The notes below the pieces were generated by a model. The model did no database searches, had not been told where the DNA came from, and saw only the letters and a list, made by a program, of their open reading frames with translations. From assembly GCA_963717145.1 (NCBI GenBank), contig OY970325.1, positions 4,352,001 through 4,416,000 of the forward strand: a stretch of 64,000 bases of DNA, read 5' to 3'. The stretch is from an uncultured Armatimonadetes bacterium. Its GTDB lineage: Bacteria > Armatimonadota > UBA5829 > DTJY01. The position numbers and the translations under genes are program-made. Positions 20,448 to 28,324 of the stretch are shown here, one piece after another. Numbering within the stretch: position 1 is the first letter of the stretch; each line of letters opens with the position of its first letter.

Positions 20448-21577
20448 CTACTTCCACTTATGCTCGAACTTCTGGAGGCTGTCGTAGCCGCGCCACATCA
20501 TCAGGTGGTCGACGAGCGTCATCGCCACCATCGACTCCGCGACCGGGATGATCCTCGACAGCAGGGTGGGGTCGCGGCGGGTGATCGCCCCCAGCGGCGT
20601 CTCCTTCATCTTCTCCATGTCGATCGATGGCTGCTCGACCGACACCGTCGGCGTCGGCTTGACGGCCATCCGCATCACGAGATCCTCACCGTTCGAGATG
20701 CCGCCCAGGAATCCGCCGGAGTTGTTCGTCTTGAAGCGCACCTTGCCGTTCTCATCGAGGTACGGGAAGTCGTTGCGACTCCGAGCCCTTCATCTCAGCG
20801 ACCTTGAAGCCCGCGCCGAACTCGAGGCCCTTGATCGCGCCGATGCTCATCAGCGCGTGCGCGAGGCACGCGTTCAGCTTGTCGAACACCGGCTCACCGA
20901 GGCCCGCGGGGACTCCGTGCGCGATGATCTCGACGATTCCCGCCGGCGGTCTCGCCCTCGTCCTTGATCTCCATCACGCGGGCGATCATCTTCTCCGCGG
21001 CCTCCTGGTCGGGGCAGATGATCATGTTCCTGTGGGCCTCCTCGTCGATCTTCTCGAACGGAGGGATGTTCGTCGCCTCGATGCCCATGCACGCCTTCGT
21101 GTAGCCGACGACCTGGATGCCTTCGGTCGCCAGGATCTTCTTCGCGAGTGCCCCCGCCGCCACGCGCATGCACGTCTCACGGCCGCTCGCACGTCCCGCG
21201 CCGCACCAGTCGGCATAGTCGCCGTACTTGATGAAGAAGGTGTACTCCGCGTGGCCGGGCCGGATCAGGTCCTTCACGTCGCGATACTGCTGGACGTGGA
21301 TGTCGTGCCGATCGACATTGTAGATGATCATGCCGACCGGAGCGCCGGTGGTCTTGCCCTCGAGCATGCCCGAGACGATGTGGACCTGGTCGGTCTCCAT
21401 TCTCGGCGAATCGAGCGGCGTCTGACCGGGCCGTCTGCGGTCGAGGTCATGCTGGATGTCGGCGTCGCATAATTCCATGCCGGCCGGCACGCCGTCTACT
21501 ATGCAGAGCAGCGCGTCACCATACGACTCGCCGCATGCGGTCACTCTGAATACTCTTCCGAATGTGTTTCCTAGCAA
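20448..21577 (-). CDS. aroC: Chorismate synthase, frameshifted near 20940 and 20790
   Basis: GNTFG..GES.G, RRRPGQ, RPGHA, RET, NNSGG.LGGISNG, AVKPTP. Confidence 0.88.
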
Positions 21578-21738
21578 CTAGTGTCCTCCTCACGAAGCGT
21601 ACGGTCGAGGCTCCGACGAATCAATTCCGAGGCAGATACCCCGTGTTTCGCAGCCATTTCTTTGATCCGACTCCACTGCTCATCCGGGAAGCGGACCGTT
21701 ACCCGAACGAACCGCCGTCTACTCTCCTTGTCACCCAT
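21571..21738 (-). CDS. Ribbon-helix-helix (CopG-like) protein, 55 aa
   Basis: Below the ORF-track cutoff; hand translation [55 protein letters not shown]; overlaps both neighbours. Confidence 0.7.
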   Translation of the reverse strand: MGDKESRRRFVRVTVRFPDEQWSRIKEMAAKHGVSASELIRRSLDRTLREEDTSC

Positions 21739-22057
21739 CTCTGCTGTATACTACCTTTCCGGTCCTTAGGACCTCGGAGAGGAAGCCACTTCTGTCACTC
21801 GATTCCTCGAGTAGAACCGGCTCGATCCTGAGATCGATATTCCGGGCAAGCTTGAACAGAAGAGCGGCCGAGTCCAGATAGTCACCCTTGACTCGCCTAA
21901 GAATCACCGCAACATCTATGTCACTGTCGGCTCTTGCAGTACCCGTTGCGTGGGAACCGTAGAGCACCACCTTGGTGACGGGGAACGATCGTCTGACAAC
22001 CTCGGCGTATTCTCTTACTTCGTCAAGAACTGTTCTCTTATCCGCTCGGTCATCCAT
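21731..22057 (-). CDS. Minimal nucleotidyltransferase (MNT) domain protein
   Basis: LYGSHATG..DSDIDVAV; start at MDDRADK overlapping the aroA stop. Confidence 0.88.
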   Translation of the reverse strand: MDDRADKRTVLDEVREYAEVVRRSFPVTKVVLYGSHATGTARADSDIDVAVILRRVKGDYLDSAALLFKLARNIDLRIEPVLLEESSDRSGFLSEVLRTGKVVYSRDG

Positions 22058-23336
22058 CTTCTTGAACTCCGCCAACTCGGATCTGTGCGCCCACTCCCTG
22101 CATCAGCTCCACAAAGCTCGGGAACGTGATCGAGACCGCCTCAGCGGTGTTGATCTCGGTCGTGCCATCGCACGCCAGTCCCGCGACCGCCAGCGCCATC
22201 ACGACTCGGTGATCCCCATGACCGTGAACCGTCGCCGAGTGCATCTCGCTGCCATGAATCACCAGGCCGTCCGGAAGCTCCTCGATCCGCGCGCCCATCT
22301 CCAGGAGTTCCCGGCACATCACCGTGATGCGGTCGGTTTCCTTCAAACGCGCCTGTGCCACGTTCACGAGTCGAGTCTCACCCTCGGCGAAGCAGGCCGT
22401 GACCGCCATCGCCGGGAGCGCATCCGGTGTGCCGGCGAGGTCGAATTCACCACCGACGAGCTTCCCACCGGTGATCCGGATGCCCTCTGGGAGCACTTCG
22501 ATCTCCGCGCCCATCGCCCGGAGCATCTCCACGATTGCCTTGTCGCCCTGCGAGTCGTCCATGTCGAGGCCGAGGAGTGTCAGCTCCGAGCCGGTGATCG
22601 CCGCCGCGCAGAGGAAGAACGCTGCCGATGAGAAGTCACCGGGGATCTGTCTGTCGAATGCGCGGTATGCCTGCCCGCCGGGAATCTTGAACCGGTCGAA
22701 GCCGTCGCGCTCGTACCTGACGCCCTGAGCGTCGAGCCAGCCCAAAGTCATCTCGATGAACGGCAGCTCGACCGGATTGTGAACGCGGATCGCCGTGTCG
22801 CCCTGTGCGAGTGGGCAATTCAGGAGCAGCGCGCTCAGGTACTGCGACGTCTTGCTGCCGTCGAGTTCAATGCTCCCACCCCTGATCGGCCCTCGGATGA
22901 CGAGTGGCGGCTTGCCGTTGCCCCGCGTGGAGAACGCCTCGACACCGAGCCTGGAGAGCGCCTCGAGGAGCGGACCCGCGGGCCTGCTGCGAATCTGTTC
23001 GTCGCCGGTGAAGACCGAGTAGCCGTCGACCAGAGCCGCTGTGCCCATCGTCAGGTAGAGCGTCGTCCCCGAGTTGCCCGTGTCGAGCACGTCGTCCGGC
23101 ACGATTGGATGGCCGCCGACCCCACGCACAGTCCAGTCGCCGTTCTGCTCGATATGAGCGCCGAGCTTGCCGCAAATGTGGACCGACGCGAGTGGATCGG
23201 CCGCTCTGAGAGGGTTCCGTATCGTGCTGATCCCATCCGCAAGTGACCCGATCACCACCGCGCGGATGGTGTGCGACTTCGAGGCCGGTATCAAGACGGC
23301 GCCCGCGAGTTTCGATTTCTGCGCAGATATCTTCAC
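22050..23336 (-). CDS. aroA: 3-phosphoshikimate 1-carboxyvinyltransferase
   Basis: PASKSHT.R, GNSGTT, SQYLSALL, RLKETDRI, DHRVVM. Confidence 0.95.
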   Translation of the reverse strand: MKISAQKSKLAGAVLIPASKSHTIRAVVIGSLADGISTIRNPLRAADPLASVHICGKLGAHIEQNGDWTVRGVGGHPIVPDDVLDTGNSGTTLYLTMGTAALVDGYSVFTGDEQIRSRPAGPLLEALSRLGVEAFSTRGNGKPPLVIRGPIRGGSIELDGSKTSQYLSALLLNCPLAQGDTAIRVHNPVELPFIEMTLGWLDAQGVRYERDGFDRFKIPGGQAYRAFDRQIPGDFSSAAFFLCAAAITGSELTLLGLDMDDSQGDKAIVEMLRAMGAEIEVLPEGIRITGGKLVGGEFDLAGTPDALPAMAVTACFAEGETRLVNVAQARLKETDRITVMCRELLEMGARIEELPDGLVIHGSEMHSATVHGHGDHRVVMALAVAGLACDGTTEINTAEAVSITFPSFVELMQGVGAQIRVGGVQEDG

Positions 23337-23380
23337 GACCAGTCAGCCTTTGCCAAGCAATCGAGGGAATTCTATGCACA

Positions 23381-23410
23381 AGTATAGCTTGGGGAGCCGG
23401 CAACTGTCAA
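23381..23410 (-). promoter_or_regulatory. sigma70-type promoter of the aroA operon, TTGACA-18-TATACT
   Basis: Plus-strand tgtcaa 23405-23410 and agtata 23381-23386. Confidence 0.65.
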
Positions 23411-23437
23411 CGTGAAGCCCGCTATGGAGGTACCCGT

Positions 23438-23629
23438 TCAGTCCATACCCGGCGGTTCGGGCTCGCCGTCGAGGTGCGGAGGACTCGTCGGCTCCTCCGG
23501 CGGGGGGTACGCATACTCGGGAACATCCTCTACCAACACCACTCCCTGCATATACTGCTCGTACTCGTCCTGGTTCCCGAAGCTGGGCTGCCCTGCGTCT
23601 TGCGTGATTCGTCCTTGATCCACTCTCAT
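23438..23629 (-). CDS. Small acidic, Pro-rich hypothetical protein
   Basis: Strong AAGGAGG RBS; 63 aa. Confidence 0.55.
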   Translation of the reverse strand: MRVDQGRITQDAGQPSFGNQDEYEQYMQGVVLVEDVPEYAYPPPEEPTSPPHLDGEPEPPGMD

Positions 23630-23752
23630 GTGAGTTCCTCCTTGTCACATTCGGCTGCGACTGCCGAGGTGCGAGTCGGTGAGAATAAGCTCAACGGGTC
23701 GGTAGTAGTGTACCCCGATTTGGGGTGGCTCATTCCAGCATCCGTACCCGGA

Positions 23753-23831
23753 AACCTCCCCCAACCCCTCCTTCGTAAGGAGGGGAGTCCTGTTGCGCCC
23801 CTCCTTACGAAGGAGGGGTTGGGGGAGGTTT
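23753..23831. repeat. Palindromic repeat pair (CCCCTCCTTCGTAAGGAGGGG type)
   Basis: aacctcccccaacccctccttcgtaaggagggg...ctccttacgaaggaggggttgggggaggtt. Confidence 0.8.
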
Positions 23832-23847
23832 CCGGGAGGGAGAGACG

Positions 23848-23879
23848 AAAAAACCGCCGGGTTCGAAAACCCGGCGGTT
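23848..23879 (-). terminator. Intrinsic terminator of the PEP-CTERM gene
   Basis: aaccgccgggtt/aacccggcggtt stem with a U-tract on the minus strand. Confidence 0.8.
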
Positions 23880-23938
23880 CACAGTACTTGTTGTTTTTGT
23901 TTCGTTAGTCCCTGGTAAACCGGGACGTGGTATCGAGC

Positions 23939-24859
23939 TTACTTCCTGCGGCGAATCAGGCCCATCAGGCCGAAGAGTCCTGTGCCGAGAGCCAGAAGGC
24001 TCGAAGGCTCAGGAACGACGCCTTCGCCTGAGAAGACGATGTCATCAACCCACGCGTTGGTCGCGAAGGTTGAGCCGCTGCCAACGTACAGCCCGACGAA
24101 CCTCTTCAGGTTGTTGTACCTGGCCGCACCAGAACCGCAGTCCAGCCTGGCGTTCGGCATCGGGTTCATGGGGTCCATGTTGATGTAGACGTTGGCGCTC
24201 ATCGTTCCTGCTACGGGGTCGCCGTACCAATAGATCGCCATCTCGTTCCATCCCGCATACGGTCTGCGAGGAGCGGGAGCAAGGCCGGCTGTGGTCAGCG
24301 TGTAACCAGTCACGGTGCTATTTGTACCCGAACCGTCCATCACAACCAAGCCGCTGCTGGCATAGGTCGTCCAGAACGCGCCACGGGTATCTGTGATACC
24401 TGCGGCCAGGGCATAGGTTACGGCTCCGGAATCACCCGCGATACCCCAACCACCAGTGTCGGACATCACGCCGACTCGGGTGTCTACCTTGCTGGTCTGT
24501 AATACGCCGCCTACCGTGGGATACGGATCATATATCCAAGCGGAGACCATGCCGGTGTAATACGCACTGCCTGTCAGGTTATAGGGTCTGAGGTCCTTCT
24601 TCATGACAGAGCGGAGGCCACCAGGCTGCAGTGCCGCCTTGGTTCCCGAGATGCCGTCCGATGACGGGGCCACGGAGATCCTCGGCGAGCCGTTCACAGT
24701 ACCGCCAGTCTGGACCCAGCCCTTGTTGCCGGCGATATTCATGCCAGCGTAACCATAGTCGAAGTTCTCCGACCAGTTGATGGCATACTGCGCGCACGCC
24801 GGAACTGCGAGTGCGATCACGATGGCCATTGCGGCCACCATCATCAGTACTTTCTTCAT
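23939..24859 (-). CDS. PEP-CTERM sorting-domain surface protein
   Basis: Signal peptide MKKVLMM..AVPACA; C-terminus VPEPSSLLALGTGLFGLMGLIRRRK. Confidence 0.93.
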   Translation of the reverse strand: MKKVLMMVAAMAIVIALAVPACAQYAINWSENFDYGYAGMNIAGNKGWVQTGGTVNGSPRISVAPSSDGISGTKAALQPGGLRSVMKKDLRPYNLTGSAYYTGMVSAWIYDPYPTVGGVLQTSKVDTRVGVMSDTGGWGIAGDSGAVTYALAAGITDTRGAFWTTYASSGLVVMDGSGTNSTVTGYTLTTAGLAPAPRRPYAGWNEMAIYWYGDPVAGTMSANVYINMDPMNPMPNARLDCGSGAARYNNLKRFVGLYVGSGSTFATNAWVDDIVFSGEGVVPEPSSLLALGTGLFGLMGLIRRRK

Positions 24860-25093
24860 CTTTCTCTCCTTTCCTCTGTGGATGGCGCTCCCAATAGAAC
24901 AGGAGTCGCCTCTCACAGGGTTCGAGGTTTGTGACCATTGCGGTCAAAACCCATTCCCTTTAGAGGCTGTGAATCAGACTTGTCCAGGTCATGTGCGGTT
25001 TGTTGTCAACCGTCTCTTGCTCGGCTTGCGCCGGCGAACTGGACGCTTTTTGTAATTGGTGCACATGCGTCAGATGGACCACTTACATTGCGA

Positions 25094-25154
25094 ATGATAC
25101 ACCCAGTTCAAGTTCTTGTCAAGCCCTACGGCGAAAAACCAGCAAAAATACCTG
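25094..25154 (-). promoter_or_regulatory. Box CAGGTATTTTTGCTGG -16- TTGACA -17- TATCAT
   Basis: Box 25139-25154, -35 at 25117-25122, -10 at 25094-25099. Confidence 0.75.
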
Positions 25155-25244
25155 GTTCCGACATAGAACTGAGTGGCAGCCGCCCGTACAAGCGCCAGTT
25201 TACGCCTGCGCCACAGATATGTCAAGGCTGTGTCATCCGGGCGT

Positions 25245-25851
25245 CAGGACGAACGCATCAAAACACAACGATGCTTCGGTAGCAGAGGCCCGGCGGCGCT
25301 GCCGAAGCATGTCACGACACCGTGGTGCTTCGGCAGCGCCGCCGGGCCTCTGCTACCGAAGCATCGTACTCCCGAGTCGAGACGATTGGTGCTTCGGCAG
25401 CGCCGCCGGGCCTCTGCTACCGAAGCATCGTACTCCCGAGTCGAGACGATTGGTGCTTCGGCAGCGCCGCCGGGCCTCTGCTACCGAAGCATCGTACTCC
25501 CGAGTCGAGACGATCGGTGCTTCGGCAGCGCCGCCGGGCCTCTGCTACCGAAGCATCGTACTCCCGAGTCGAGACGATCGGTGCTTCGGCAGCGCCGCCG
25601 GGCCTCTGCTACCGAAGCATCGTACTCCCGAGTCGAGACGATCGGTGCTTCGGCAGCGCCGCCGGGCCTCTGCTACCGAAGCATCGTACTCCCGAGTCGA
25701 GACGATTGGTGCTTCGGCAGCGCCGCCGGGCCTCTGCTACCGAAGCATCGTACTCCCGAGTCGAGACGATTGGTGCTTCGGCAGCGCCGCCGGGCCTCTG
25801 CTACCGAAGCATCGTACTCCCGAGTCGAGACGATTAGATGCGTTCGCCCTG
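25245..25851. repeat. Composite palindromic element: 15-bp terminal inverted repeats, one inverted 40-bp unit, then 8 tandem copies of a 64-bp unit (25323-25834)
   Basis: Period of 64 checked at 25323, 25387 ... 25771; ends caggacgaacgcatc / gatgcgttcgccctg. Confidence 0.95.
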
Positions 25852-25939
25852 CGTCAGTGCGAACGCATCTCGCGAATATCTAGGGAATCGTGCTATACTG
25901 CGAGGGCACCTGATACCCAACGGGGAGGGTTTGGCCATC

Positions 25940-28197
25940 ATGAGCACGAGGAATACTCCAGCGGAAAACCGGTCAGGCGGATACGTTCTGCCTCTCATCG
26001 TAACAGCTCTGATCCTGTCCACGCTGATATCATACCGGCACATAACCCGCAACGGCTTTGTCTTCGACGACACACTGTATCTTGTCGAGAATCCCCACGT
26101 TCAGCAGGGCATCGGACCTGCTGCGGTGAAGTGGGCATTCACCACCTTCTACGGCGCGAACTGGCAGCCCCTCACATGGCTCTCGGAGATGCTGGACTAT
26201 CGCCTGTACGGCTCCAATCCCCTCGGACACCACGCGACCAATCTCGTGTTCCACATCGCGAACATCGTCCTGCTGCTTATTGTCCTGCGGCGAATGACGG
26301 GGTCCGTATGGAAGAGCGCTTTCGTGGCGGCTATCTTTGCCCTCCATCCGCTGCACGTCGAGTCAGTGGCCTGGGCGGCCGAGCGCAAGGACGTCCTGAG
26401 CACCTTCTTCATGCTGGTCGCCATCTGGGGGTATTGGAGGTATACGGAGCGTCCGAGTCTGCGAAGGTACCTGCTCGTTGCGTTTGCGTTTGCGCTCGGG
26501 CTAATGGCCAAGCCGATGCTGGTCACTCTGCCGATCTTGCTCCTGTTGCTCGACTATTGGCCGCTTCGGCGACTTCAGTCGCCAGGGAGGCCGTTGAAGG
26601 CCTCCCCTACGGCGCTCATCATGGAGAAAGTCCCTCTAGTTGCCCTCAGTTTCGCGTCATGCGTGATAACCTATCTGGCTCAGCGAAGCGGAGGAGCCGT
26701 GATTCAACTGGAGAAGTTCCCCATCGGGCTTCGAGTTGCCAACGCTGTGGTGGCTTACTCCGCTTACGTCTGGAAGGCCATCTGGCCGACGGGGCTGGCC
26801 GCGTACTATCCGTACCCCAAGGCAGGCGTGCCGGTGCTCTCTCTGGTCATCGCGCTGGCCGTGATGGCGGGTGTGACCGTGCTTGTGATCAGGCAGGTGA
26901 GATCTCGACCATACCTGGCCGTCGGGTGGCTGTGGTACGTCATCACGCTCATCCCCGTCATCGGACTCGTCCAAGTCGGCGAGCAGTCCATGGCCGACAG
27001 ATACATGTACATCCCGCTCATCGGGCTGTCGATCATGATCGCCTGGGGCATTCCGGACCTTCTGATGCGCCGGGCCGCCTCTCGCTCACTCGTCCGACTG
27101 CCCTGGCATTGGCAGGTGCTTCCGGGCTGGTTGTAGTCGCGCTCATGGTGGCGACATCGGCTCAGGTGAGATATTGGGAGAGCAACTACACTCTGTTCGG
27201 GCGAGTCGTGAGGGTTACCGGGGGCAGTGCCCTCGCGTTCAGCAACTACGGCATTGCGCTGGCGGAGCGAGGCGAATATGATCAGGCGATCGAGCAGTAC
27301 AGGAAGGCAATAGAGGCCGATCCGTACTATGTGTATTCCTATCTGAACCTGGGTCACGCACTCAAGGAGATAGGAAGGCCCGAAGAGGCCCTGCTGCAGT
27401 ACCAGAAAGCGCTGGAGATCGACCCGGATTTCACAAACGCCTCACTTGCCGCCGCAAACATCATGGCGGAACAGGGGCACGGCGATCTGGCCGCCCTTGA
27501 ATACGCCAAGGCAGTGGAGTCCAGTCCTGATGACGCCTCAGCTCACGCCAACCTGGGGTTCTTTCTGTCCCGGCAAGGCAAGACGGATGAGGCCGTCGAC
27601 CACTTCAAACGAGCCATCGAGTTGAACCCCGGATTTTCCAAGGCGCATTACGGTCTGGCGATCATTGCTTTTCGGCGGGGTGACGCGGAGAGGGCTGGCG
27701 AGCATTTCAACGAAGCGCTGCGGATCGACCCGAACTACGTTGAGGCACATCACGGTCTGGGACTTGTGCTTCGCGCACAGGGTCGGACGGACGAGGCGGC
27801 ATCCCACTTCCAGATGGCGATCAGGCTGAAGCCGAACTTCGCGGAGGCGCACAATGATCTCGGCGTCCTCCTGGCACAGCAAGGCAGCGTAGATGAGGCG
27901 ATGGCGCATTTCGGCGATGCGGTCAGGTACAGCCCGGGGTTCGCCGAGGCGCGCTGCAATCTCGCTCTCGCGCTCATTTCAAAGAACGACATCGCTGGGG
28001 CGATTGCTGAGTACGAAAAGGCTATCGAGGCCGACCCCGATTATGTCCAGGCCCATGCCGGATTGGCAGGGGCGTTGTATGCGGCAGGTCGGTACGCAGA
28101 CGCCTGGCGCGAGGTGCGAATCGCGGAGCGCCACGGTATGAAGCCTCCTCCTGACTTCTTGAAGGCGCTTTCGTCCAAGATGCCGCCGGGACCGTGA
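25940..28197 (+). CDS. TMTC-like GT-C membrane glycosyltransferase with TPR repeats, copy 1, frameshifted near 27080
   Basis: FDD..Y, W.PLTWLS, HPLHVESVAW..ERKD, ADRYMY.P in 25838-27136; TPR half in the other frame up to 28197. Confidence 0.85.
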
Positions 28198-28220
28198 ACG
28201 ATTGTTTCGGGCAGGAAGCA

Positions 28221-28310
28221 CACCGTCAGTCCTGAGTGCGAAGCGTAACGAAGGACGGCTCGGTCCAATAAGGCCGTCCTTCGTTACGCTTCGCACTCAG
28301 GACTGACGGT
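28221..28310. repeat. Long intergenic inverted repeat (REP-like)
   Basis: caccgtcagtcctgagtgcgaagcgtaacgaaggacggc and its reverse complement. Confidence 0.85.
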
Positions 28311-28324
28311 GGGGATGGTAGATA

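Noticed and set aside
23640-23752. c-di-AMP (ydaO)-like riboswitch on the minus strand (GGTACGGA..GGGGT..ACCCGT)
   Set aside because: Only scattered words match; the GCTGAATC and GGAACC elements and the spacing are missing; would need cmscan
25323-25834. CRISPR array
   Set aside because: Inter-palindrome segments are identical apart from one T/C, and no cas genes are in the window; it is a tandem repeat
24991-25883. Long ORFs 24991-28197 (N-terminal part), 25173-25883 and 25322-25837
   Set aside because: Artefacts of a stop-free 64-bp repeat; only the TPR half after about 27080 of the 1068-aa ORF is real
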